Shown: one piece after another, positions 46,241 to 58,583 of the stretch
Position numbering within the stretch: position 1 is the stretch's first letter
Layout of the letters: each line of letters opens with the position of its first letter
Source of the DNA: Octopus vulgaris
Lineage: Eukaryota
Direction: 5' to 3'
Assembly (NCBI GenBank): GCA_951406725.2
Contig: OX597821.1
Span: 13,454,001-13,518,000, forward strand
DNA: 64,000 nucleotides
Notes under the pieces: model-generated
What the model was told of the DNA's origin: nothing
Database searches by the model: none
Seen by the model: only the letters and a program-made list of their open reading frames with translations
Position numbers and translations under genes: made by a program

Positions 46241-46635
46241 AATACAAAATATTGGACAAGAACGCAAAATATTCAGACAGATGATACAAAAAAAGGACAA
46301 GGAAAAACACGGACGTGTCATTCGAAGTTTTCTTTCGTCAGTCGAGTTCCAGATTATCTTTGCAGTTTCAGCAGGTTACAGTCGAGAATGATCCAATCTG
46401 GCCATCCCGAAGGATAATCTAAGCTAAGGGCACTAAATTTATCGGAAGAAAGCACCGAATATATACGAAAACACGGACGGGAAAAAAACGGATAAAATGG
46501 TACCCAACTACAAATGCAAACATAACATTAATAACAGGTGTCTTTCGACTAAGCACAAATTAAATTAAGCTGGCGAGTGTGGAAGGGAAGCCTTACGGCA
46601 GAGACATAAGAGATGACGGGCATGGGAAGGATCGT
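46240..46635 (-). mobile_element. Interspersed repeat, probable Penelope 3'/pLTR fragment, copy 2
   Basis: Homologous to 14820-15240; starts at (TA)n; GA-CTGACGA...CGAATGAC on minus strand. Confidence 0.6.
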
Positions 46636-46640
46636 GGGTG

Positions 46641-46899
46641 AGGCCAAAACAATGCGAAGTAAATGCGAGGAAAATCACAAGCAAACAAATATGTGAATTA
46701 ATGTAGACTTACCTTCTATTCAATAGTTCGGGGTTATGACTCCACACACGATCATACACACGCACATCGGAGACATTCCTCTACTTCTTGAAAATGAGCT
46801 CATGAGCCCGAAATATTGAATAGAAGGTATGTCTACATTAATTCTCATATTTGTTTTTTTGTGATTTACCTTGCATTTACTTCGCATTGTTTTTGGCCT
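46641..46899. repeat. Inverted repeat (arms about 92 bp) with HHR-like motif at 46778-46827
   Basis: 46641-46732 pairs with 46807-46899; TTC-TTGAAAA-T-GAGCTC at GAGCCC-GAAATATT-GAA. Confidence 0.75.
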
Positions 46900-46954
46900 T
46901 ATGGTCCTTTATACAATACATACATACATACATATATATACATATATATATATG

Positions 46955-46987
<33 letters not shown>

Positions 46988-47026
46988 GTATATATATATA
47001 AGTATATATATTTATTTTATAGAAGG

Positions 47027-47077
47027 ATCTTCTACAGGACTAGAACTGTTTCATTCAAATGAAATCTTCAGGAAGCT
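47027..47077 (-). ncRNA. Type I hammerhead ribozyme, left-arm copy
   Basis: Mirror of 47496-47546 with one stem I mismatch (GAAGAT). Confidence 0.65.
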
Positions 47078-47495
47078 GGCTGTTAAAATAAGGTCTGGTA
47101 TTTATACATTTAGGCAGATTTAATGGGGTGGTGGTGGGGGAAGTTTTTTGGGTAAGCAGGGCACAGACCATCGTTCTTAGGGGAGTGGTCAAAAGAATCA
47201 GTGATAAAGTAAATAAATGAATAAATAGAATAATTGAATAAAGTTTTAGGTAAATTAGAAGACAATTGCTTTTAGTCACTTTTTGACTAAAAGCAATTGT
47301 CTTCTAATTGTTTTCTAATTTACCTAAAACTTTATTCAATTATTCTATTTATTCATTTATTTACTTTATCACTGATTCTTTTGACCACTCCCCTAAGAAC
47401 GATGGTCTGTGCCCTGCTTACCCAAAAAACGTCCCCCACCACCACCCCATTAAATCTGCCTTAATGTTTAAATACCAGACCTTATTTTGACAGCC

Positions 47496-47546
47496 AGCTT
47501 CCTGAAGATTTCATTTGAATGAAACAGTTCTAGTCCTGTAGAAGCT
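47496..47546 (+). ncRNA. Type I hammerhead ribozyme fold
   Basis: Stem I AGCTTC/GAAGCT; core CTGAAGA; stem II TTCA/TGAA; GAA; stem III ACAG/CTGT; GUA cleavage triplet ending at 47540. Confidence 0.75.
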
Positions 47547-47765
47547 CCTTCTATAAAATAAATTAATTTACTCTGCTATGTATTGAGTACCTTATTTACT
47601 GTGGTTAACCCCGACTCAACCCGGGACCTACATATAAGTATATATATATATATATATATATAATTAATCAATATAGGGTGGCAAAAAAAATTTTGTAGAA
47701 TTCTTTTGCCACCAGCGGCCTAGTGGGAAAAAATTAAATAGTCATAGACCATTTTTAAGTTCAAC

Positions 47766-47986
47766 ATCAACAATCAAGGAACGGCCATAATACATTCACC
47801 CACTCAACCCGCAAATAAAAATTAATTCGTAAACCAGGAGAAAATTTAAAAAATTTAAAAAATTTACAGGTTAAATGTTTTTTAAATTTTCTCCTGGTTT
47901 ACGGAATTAATTTTTATTTGCGGTTGAAGCTTTGGCTGTTATTTCTAGTGGGTGAATGGCCTATTATGGCCGTTCCTTGATTGTTG

Positions 47987-47988
<2 letters not shown>
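47766..47988. repeat. Inverted repeat, arms about 85-105 bp
   Basis: ATCAACAATCAAGGAACGGCCATAATA...AAATTTAAAAAA mirrored; about 20-bp insert in the right arm. Confidence 0.85.
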
Positions 47989-48022
<34 letters not shown>

Positions 48023-48023
48023 G

Positions 48024-48072
<49 letters not shown>

Positions 48073-48083
48073 GTATATATATA

Positions 48084-48942
48084 TTTTTTTCTAGTTTCAG
48101 CTCAGAGCTGCGGCCATGCTGATGCACCTCCGTTTTGTGCTACACTGTTATTACGACGAACCTCGTCTAATATGTGGCACTTGGTGAAGAATGAGGTTTG
48201 ATATAGCTACTCTCATTTGCACCTCTTGCCGTGAGGTAGGTTCATCTGGGACTCTTGACAGGAAGATGTCCAGCTTTGATTTAAAAACCGCTACATCTAC
48301 TTTGTGCAAGTTCCTCAGACTCTTTGGGAGGATATTAAAAAGCTGTGGGCCCTTGAAACACAGGCTGTTGCAGAAGCTGGTCCTGAAGCGTGATGGCATT
48401 GCTAGGATCTTTGGCACTATGCAGTGTCGTCCCGTTCTAGCATTGGTGTAGCTTACAATGCTAAAATTTGGCACAATTCCTTCCAGGATCTTCCAGACAT
48501 ATATTACTGCATACCTCTCACGTCTTCTCTCCAGGGAGTAGAGACTTAGCTGTTTCAACCTTTCCCAGTAGCTGAGCTGTTGCAAAGAATCTTCTCTGGA
48601 TTGCTTCAAGGTCCGCTGTTAATTTTACACTGGTGTGTGACAATAGCTGTGAGCAGTAATCCAGGCGGCTGAGGACGAATGTCCGCCAGAGGACCATCAT
48701 GGTTTCCTTATCTCTGGTTCTGAATGTTCTTAAGATCCACCCAGCCAGTCGTCTGCACTTTGTCGCCATCCTTGTAATGTGCACTTGGAAAGAGGTATCA
48801 TCACTCATGTCGATACCCAGGTCCCTCACAGACTTAGGCTCTGGGATTGAAATTCCCTGTGGACCGGTGTATCCAGTAAGTTTAATATTCAGTTTTGGAT
48901 GCTGGTAGCGCTGGGCCAGGAATTTTTCAGCATTAAACTGCA

Positions 48943-48943
<1 letters not shown>
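48084..48943 (-). mobile_element. 5'-truncated CR1-like LINE (RT C-terminus + 3' stem-loop) inside (TA)n
   Basis: FNAEKF...VRDLGI...WILRTF...[10 protein letters not shown]...LEAIQRRF / [20 protein letters not shown]; frameshifted. Confidence 0.85.
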
Positions 48944-49000
<57 letters not shown>

Positions 49001-49238
49001 TATATATGTATATGTATATATATATGTGTATATGTATATGTATATGTGTATATGTATATTTGTATATGTATATGTGTATATGTATATGTGTATATGTATA
49101 TGTGTATATGTATATATGTATATGTGTATATGTATATCTATATGTATATATGTGTATATCTATATGTGTATATGTATATGTGTATATATGTATATGTGTA
49201 TATGTATATGTGTATATATGTATATGTATATATGTATG

Positions 49239-49549
49239 TGATCCCGTGATCACGTGACCGACCAGACCATCAGATATTGTTACACATCGCTGGTCACACT
49301 GCGTTTCCATTGTTTTAGCCTTCGAATGACGCCACCCCACTGGCTAAGCAAGCAGGCCAACAGAAGAAAGAGTGGGAGAAAGAGTGGTGAAAGAGTACAG
49401 CAGGGATCACCACCATCCCCTGCCGGAGCCTCGTGGAGCTTTTAGGTGTTTTCGCTCAATAAACACTCACAACGCCCGGTCTGGGAATCGAAACCGCGAT
49501 CGTGCGACCGCGAGTCCGCTGTCCTAACCACTAGGCCATTGCGCCTCCA
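49239..49549 (-). mobile_element. SINE family C, RTE-derived tail (type 2)
   Basis: Family C head; tail TGACCGACCAG...CGCTGGTCACA matches the RTE 3' end at 37261-37305. Confidence 0.85.
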
Positions 49550-49626
49550 CATATATGTATGTATATGTATGTATATGTATAAATATATATAAAGTTAATC
49601 CAAACATGAAAACACAAAGAGAAAAC

Positions 49627-49663
<37 letters not shown>

Positions 49664-49840
49664 TATATATGTATACATGCATGTATGTGTATGTATGTAC
49701 GTACGCGATAAGAAAGTTTCACTGCGCATAACGAAAAATTCCGTGTAGTAAGGCAAAAGTTTGCTGGTGCGTACACACATACATGCATCCACCTGTACTT
49801 ACGTATGTTCGGGTATATACATATATATGTATATGTGTGC

Positions 49841-49880
<40 letters not shown>

Positions 49881-50125
49881 TACCGCAAAAGTGTACAAGC
49901 GTGGTAGGCGAGGGAGAGCACCACATACACACAAAAGCTGGCATGTAAAGACATGTTTTTCTCATATGTATTGTGTTCGGTGTTCTTTGATATCAACATT
50001 GTATTTGGTAAAGCGTGGTGGGTACCTTGTTCTAACTGTCAATGTATTCTTAGGAATACATACATATATACATACACACATACACACACACACACATATA
50101 CATACATACATACATATATACATAC

Positions 50126-50199
<74 letters not shown>

Positions 50200-50347
50200 T
50201 TGCTGATACCTTGTTTTATATGCACTGTTGACTTTGTGTTATTTAAGCATTTCAGCAGTTGTACATGGAGACACACACGAACCCAAAATTGTACTGTTTA
50301 TAGATATTCAGAAATAAGACGAAATAATACAACCAGAGCCTTTGCGC

Positions 50348-50414
<67 letters not shown>

Positions 50415-50799
50415 CGTGTGTCTTTACACATACAAACGTACATACACACATATTCGTATAGAAAAACAATTACATTTACAGGGAGAATCACTCGACAGCC
50501 AAACAACGATATGAGATAATATTTACTTTTACGCACACAAAAAAGAAATTTATAATATTAATAATGATAATGATAATAATATTACAAATACAGAATACAG
50601 TTTGTGTGGGGGTTTACATAATTCAGGTGAAAAAACAAAAGGACGAAACGTATGGGTGGTGGGGAGAGACGTAACAATAAACATGGCATACAAAATTTGA
50701 AAAGATGGAGAATGCATACCAGGTGTTATAGTAGCACATCCAGCTGGACCCAGTCAAGTTGGCTCAATAGCAACAACAACAACAACAATAATTATAAGA

Positions 50800-51672
<873 letters not shown>

Positions 51673-52231
51673 TAATGGTGGTGGTGGTGGTGAATGCCCT
51701 GATGCAGTAGCAGGGTGTGGCTTTCATGCCTTCTGATCTTAACTTATCGGAAGTGTTATCATGTACATTGTTTTGTCTTGGTATAAAAGATGGGCTACAG
51801 CAAATACTATCCTCAATACCAAATATAGCTGCTATTTCCAGTGTCTCAAGTTAAAGTACCTTCGTTGGCTGAATGCAATTTCAACATTTAAAACAGCTGA
51901 TAAAATATAGCACTTCTCACACTTCAGTTTTATAACAAGCAAATACGCATGTACTCAGATACCGGATACAATTATTTTAGACTTATTTATCAGAACTGGA
52001 CATAATACTGATTTAATCCTTTGCTTGTCCAGAGTATTTTCACAAGTTCGTCTGAAATGTTCTTTGTTCTTTCTAAACTTTTAGTTACTCATGATTTCAT
52101 ACGTTCTGAGTAACATAAATCTTTCTTTTCATAAGTATTTGATTACTCTGATTCTTGCCAAAAATCTCCTTTTATAATTTTGTGTATATATTTCCTCTGT
52201 CTTCCCTTCTCTGGATCTTTCCTTCTCCTAT

Positions 52232-52266
52232 GTTTCCGACGAAGAGCTCCGCTCGAAACGTTAAAC
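52232..52266 (+). ncRNA. Minimal type I hammerhead motif, probable Penelope pLTR
   Basis: GTTT-CCGACGA-A-GAGC tcc GCTC-GAA-ACGT-T-AAAC; downstream TTCCTGAGCGT shared with the 10857 unit; unit ends in (TA)n. Confidence 0.65.
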
Positions 52267-52366
52267 CCTCCTTCTTTCCTTCTTTCCTGAGCGTCCAATA
52301 ATACTATATTTGTTCCACGTCCTCGCGTTGTTGTGGGTTTTTTTTTGTGCTTTCTTGTGTGGATTA

Positions 52367-52421
<55 letters not shown>

Positions 52422-52468
52422 ATGTATGTATATGTGTATATTTTTATATTTATATATGTATATATGTA

Positions 52469-52500
<32 letters not shown>

Positions 52501-54086
52501 ATCCAAAACCACAGAGTAGAAGCAGGACGGGGGAGAAAGTGTAGTATAAGTGAAGGAAGAGGAGGGAAAATAGTAATTCAGTGAAGGAGAAGTAGTGATA
52601 GTAATAGCCCTGACTAAGAGAGAGAGAAAGAGCAAGTAATAGCGATGAGAGAAAGGAAGTAGAAAAGACTGTATCGTGTATCTTCTATTTTTCTCTGTCT
52701 CAACATATGAATGAGAAAGGAAGGGGTGATAGATGAATAATGAATGAAGGGGTGAAAAAAATCAGCGTTTCAACTCTGTGTGAGTATATGTGTGTGTGCG
52801 CGTGTGTGTGCGTGCGCGCGTGTGTGTGCAATGGAATTGGGATGGTGAACGTTCAGCGTTGAAAAGAAAACTCAAGCAGCATTTCAACTCTGAGTATATG
52901 TGTGTATGAGTGTGCATGTACAGGGGTGTATGTGAATACTTGTATGTGTGATTATTATGTACCTTATTTTATACCTTATTTATATATATAAAATACTACA
53001 ATTATGACGGCACAGAGTCAGCTAGTAGAGTTTATATCATTTGTGATTCATGAACGTCAGGGAAATATGGCTTAAGTGTCAAATGTGATATACAGGACTG
53101 GCAAAGGGTTAAATTGGAAACTAAGAAAATTTATATTTACTTACTTTTGTCCTTAATATAAACCTTTTCACTTAGGCTGCGACTTTTCATTCAATTTCAT
53201 CAATTTTTGTTCCCGACGTAGTTTTGTAAGGTAAACATTGACATGAAATTCATGTTCACTCTTTATCAATAAACACAGAGTTGCTAGCTTTTGAAGTTTG
53301 TGAATTTTGGGTAATTTTAGCCAGTAGAAAGCCAAAGACATATTAGTGCCTGTTTCTATAGTAACAAGGCAAACTGTTACCAAGCTGCTAACCCACATGG
53401 TCATTTTCGCTTATTAAATGCTTAAAACACATCAGGTGTGAGATGATCATGAGATATGCAAAAAATAATAGCTAAATAGGTCTTAAATCACGCACCTTTT
53501 TTACTTGCATAATCGCATGATTTCCCGTGTTTAGAACACAAATTCGCAAAAACTTTCTGAAAATTCTAAAAAATATAAAAAAACAGTTATGGCAAGTTTT
53601 TGCTGTTTACAAAATAATAGAACAGGATTATGATTGTTATCGGGCGGTCATTGACAAAGCGGAGCAAACAGTTGAGAGAACAGGATTTATGAATGATATT
53701 TGTATTATTGGCGGCATTGTTCAGAGGAGTGAAAGAGGTGTTTTTGATTCAAAGGAATATTAGAATGGTGCTTTCGAGCGAGTTTATCAGTGAATATCTG
53801 CATAAAGACTTGCAAGCCGAAGTTAGAACACAAAGCAGATGTTTATTTGCGTAAACGTGCCACTATATATATATATATGTGTGTGTGTGTGTATGTGTAT
53901 AGATGTGCATATGTATTTAATACACACATATATAAAGAGAGCTACAGAAAGAGGTATGGGCGTGTGTGTATGTGTGCTTGTGTGTTTGTGTGTGAGTGTA
54001 ACAGCCAGACACAGACAAATAAATATAAATATATCGGATAAATAAATAGATAGATCAATATAGATGTAGACTTTATATACATATAC

Positions 54087-54151
<65 letters not shown>

Positions 54152-54302
54152 GTGAAATAGAAAGATGAATAATCTTGTAGTAGATTAATCAAAAGTTTAA
54201 CCGATACCTTAGTAGCAAAAATCACAGCAGTAAAACAGCACGGTTGGAGGTACAACCATATGGTGTTGCAACCGTGCGTTGGTGCGGATAATTGAAATTA
54301 GA

Positions 54303-54458
54303 ACATTATTGGTGAATTGAAGAAATGGAGCTGAACGCAGATTGAACAGAAATCGTTTTATTTCATTCTACACGTGTTTCGAAACACGTGTAGAATGAAA
54401 TAAAACGATTTCTGTTCAATCTGCGTTCAGCTCCATTTCTTCAATTCACCAATAATGT
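54303..54458. repeat. Perfect 156-bp palindrome with no spacer
   Basis: Centre GTTTC|GAAAC between 54380 and 54381; 78-bp arms. Confidence 0.95.
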
Positions 54459-54463
54459 ATATA

Positions 54464-54494
<31 letters not shown>

Positions 54495-54495
54495 G

Positions 54496-54564
<69 letters not shown>

Positions 54565-54616
54565 GTATATATACATATATGTATGTATATCTATAGGTAG
54601 GTATAAATGTATGATG

Positions 54617-54941
54617 AAGGCGCACGGCTCAGTGGTTAGAGAATCAGGCTCACAATCATGAAGTAATGAGTTCGATTCCTGGACTGTGTGTTATGCTTTT
54701 GAGAAAGACATTTTATTTCACGTTGCTCCAGTTCACTCAGCTGTAAAAAATGTGTCGTGACGTCAGTGATGCCAAGCTGTATTGGCCATTGGCTTTCCCT
54801 TGGATAGGATCGGTGGCGTGAGGCTGGTACGCATGGGCGACTGCTGGTCTTCCATAAACAGCTTTGCCCAGACTTGTACCTCGGAGGGGAACTTTCTACG
54901 TGCAATCCCAAGGCCATCCATAACCGAAAGGGGTCGTTACC
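54617..54941 (+). mobile_element. SINE family D (tRNA head)
   Basis: GGCTCAGTGGTTAG A-box, GAGTTCGATTCC B-box, then a possibly CORE-like segment; single copy in window. Confidence 0.7.
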
Positions 54942-54966
54942 TTTTTTTTGTAAATGTACGTCCTTA

Positions 54967-55009
<43 letters not shown>

Positions 55010-55239
55010 CAAAATGAGAAAATGGAGAAATATATCTAAATCAATCATCAACTATCAGATAATATATATATATATATAAATCCTTAAAATATATATATAT
55101 ATATATATATATAGAAAGAGAGAGAGAGAGAAAGAGACAGACAGACACAGAGAGAGACACGCACAGATATACATGCACACACAAAAACCTGAGAGTTAGA
55201 TAGAGAGAGAGCGAGAAAGAGAGACAGACAGACAGAAAA

Positions 55240-55332
<93 letters not shown>

Positions 55333-55908
55333 CAGTTTGGCAAGAAGTGAAAGAGAGGGATAGAGAAGGTGATAGAGAGAGCGTGGGTTACGAAAAGGAA
55401 GGGAGAGAACCATGTCATAGAAAACTGCATAAATAACGTTGAGCACGAATTTAATGAAAGTACAACTTCCAGCACACACGCACTTACATCACCAACACCA
55501 ACATCACTGCTAGCAACACCAGCATCACCCCTCTATCTACGTCCTAACAGTACAGTATATACAGCAGTAAATGAAGGTGTGTAGAGGTGTTAGGGAAGAT
55601 ATTATTTTAGGATTAATGACACGTATATGCGTAATATTGCCAAGGTAGGCGGCTGCAAAGAAATACTCTAGATGGCTTAATTAACTTCAACAGAGTAACG
55701 TGTCTTCATACAAACCTGGAAGTTTACACATTCCGGGAAATATTCATATAGCAGAGGTACAGCACACAACTGAAATATATATATATATATATAAACACAC
55801 ATACATACATACGTTTATATATACATGCATATATACAAACGATACATACACACACATACAGACATACACACGCACATACATACGTTCATACATATATACA
55901 TACGTACG

Positions 55909-55943
55909 TACATACATACATACATACATACATACATACTTAC

Positions 55944-55974
<31 letters not shown>

Positions 55975-56137
55975 CATACATACATACATACATACATACA
56001 TACATACATACATACATACATACATACATACATACATACATACATACATACATACATACATACATACATACATACATACATACATACATACATACATACA
56101 TACATACATACATACATACATACATACATACATACAT
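55909..56137. repeat. (ACAT)n microsatellite
   Basis: Direct inspection. Confidence 0.95.
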
Positions 56138-56259
56138 AGACAAAGGCACTAGCAAATATGCAAGCACTCCGAAGCTCGTGAGCGGTTGTTGCGTACGTTT
56201 CTGGTTGTACATCTATCTATTCTATCTACCTATCCATCCATCCATGTATATTTATGCAT

Positions 56260-56299
<40 letters not shown>

Positions 56300-56307
56300 A
56301 CACACAC

Positions 56308-56354
<47 letters not shown>

Positions 56355-56362
56355 TATACATA

Positions 56363-56595
56363 TATTTCTCTTTACTACCCACAAGGGGCTAAACACAGAG
56401 GGGACAAACAAGGACAGATAAACGGATTAAGTCGATTACATCGACCCCAGTGCGTAACTGGTACTTAATTTATCGACCCCGAAAGGATGAAAGGCAAAGT
56501 CGACCTCGGCGGAATTTGAACTCAGAACGTAACGGCAGACGAAATACCGCTAACCATTTCGTCTGGCGTGCTAACGTTTCTGCCAACTCGCCGCC
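56363..56595 (-). mobile_element. SINE family B, young subfamily, full length
   Basis: Close reverse complement of 59939-60160. Confidence 0.9.
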
Positions 56596-56671
56596 TTACA
56601 TATATGTGTATGTATGTGCTTGTGTGAATGCGTGCATGTATGTATGTATGTACATAAGTACGTACGCACAT

Positions 56672-56707
<36 letters not shown>

Positions 56708-56755
56708 AAACAAGTCAAAATAGAAAATGCTAAAATAATTTTATAAAGAACATTT

Positions 56756-56793
56756 CAGTACCGGTTTCGGTCATTTTGAGACCTTTTCAACTG
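56756..56793 (-). ncRNA. Minimal hammerhead motif, U3-A8 core variant
   Basis: Minus strand CAG-TTGAAAA-GGTC tcaaaat GACC-GAA-ACCGGT-A-CTG; in a (TA)n-flanked unit about 56703-56935. Confidence 0.7.
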
Positions 56794-57347
56794 TAACGAT
56801 TAAATAATTAAATTCAGAAAAATTAGAAGAACAGTTTTTTTAAAGGAATATTTGTATAGTGTTCAAATATAAGTGGCATTCTGCCTTTCTCTGACTCCCT
56901 TGTTTGCACTTGTGTGTTCGAGGCCGTTGTGAATGTATATATATATATATATATATACATATATGTATGAAGTATATATAAATATTATATATGCATATGT
57001 ATGTGTTCATACGCACAGATACATTCATATATAGAGATAGAAAGAGATAGAGTGATAGAGTGATAGACAGACAGATTGATAGAAGGAAAGAGAGAGAGAG
57101 AGAGAGAGAGAAACGTAAAAATGTGCCGAGCTAAGTGTATGTTCAGGAAGAATTTAGATGAACCGTGTCTAAATAGAAATGTAGGAGACACAGTCACAGC
57201 AGACGTTAAACCACACAACACACATTATGATGGATTCATGTGCACAGCAGCATAACTATGCATACATACATACATATTTGGATGTATATATGTACATAAA
57301 TATTTGAATACGTACATATATGTGTGTGTGTGTATTTGTATATAAAT

Positions 57348-57378
<31 letters not shown>

Positions 57379-57583
57379 TATATATATATATATATATACA
57401 TACGCATATATATATACATACCTACATACATATATATATATATATACATATACATATCTATATATATACACGCATATATATACGCATATATACATACATA
57501 TATATATATACATCCATATAAATATATACATCCATATAAATATATACATATATATACATACATATATATATATATATACATAC

Positions 57584-57642
<59 letters not shown>

Positions 57643-57692
57643 CATACATAAATACACACATAAATACATACATACATTTTATAACATACACA

Positions 57693-57763
<71 letters not shown>

Positions 57764-58087
57764 GCACATTCATAGTTGTGCACATACATTTAAAATGTAC
57801 AAATGAACACAGAAAATTCAATTAAATGGCTGCTCATCTTGGTACCGACACGTATCATATATTAGAATTAGCATTCATCTCCCGTACATCTTGGACACAT
57901 ATAGCTTCGCAGCATTGACCCATCATTTGGGAATTCTGTTCTTTATGTGGCATTTGGTAAGCTAAAGGAATTGGTATCTGAAAGACAGGCATTTCTTTTT
58001 ACTTTGGTCTGCCAAATTATTAACTTGGTTCCGTTTCGTTTCTAAATTTATGTTTTAAGAATTAGTTTTATAAACGACCAAATCCCC

Positions 58088-58131
<44 letters not shown>

Positions 58132-58256
58132 CATCTCTCTCTCTCACACACACACTGTCCTCCTCTATGTCTCTCTCTCCTCTCTTCACGCCCGCGCGGA
58201 TACACACCAGAATAGGCTTTCAATTTTTTCGTTTCTACTTACATTTTTATTCACCT

Positions 58257-58319
<63 letters not shown>

Positions 58320-58583
58320 CATGCTAGCTTACACATACACACACACATATATATATATATATATAAATATATATATATACATACATATGCATAATGAGAC
58401 TCACATACACACACACATATACATAAGGTTATATTTATACATATGTATATATGTCTAGTTATATATATATAGCATTACTATATATATGTAGCTTACAGAC
58501 ACACACACTCACAGACACACACATACACATACACACACACATATATATATACATAAGGATATATTTATACATATGTATATATA

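Larger units (their letters stand above)
47010..47563. repeat. Near-perfect palindrome of about 550 bp
   Basis: Arms meet at AGTCA-ctttt-TGACT (47274-47288); few mismatches and one short duplication. Confidence 0.95.

Noticed and set aside
52990-53111. AAAGGG-TTAA piggyBac-like end
   Set aside because: No matching opposite terminus found
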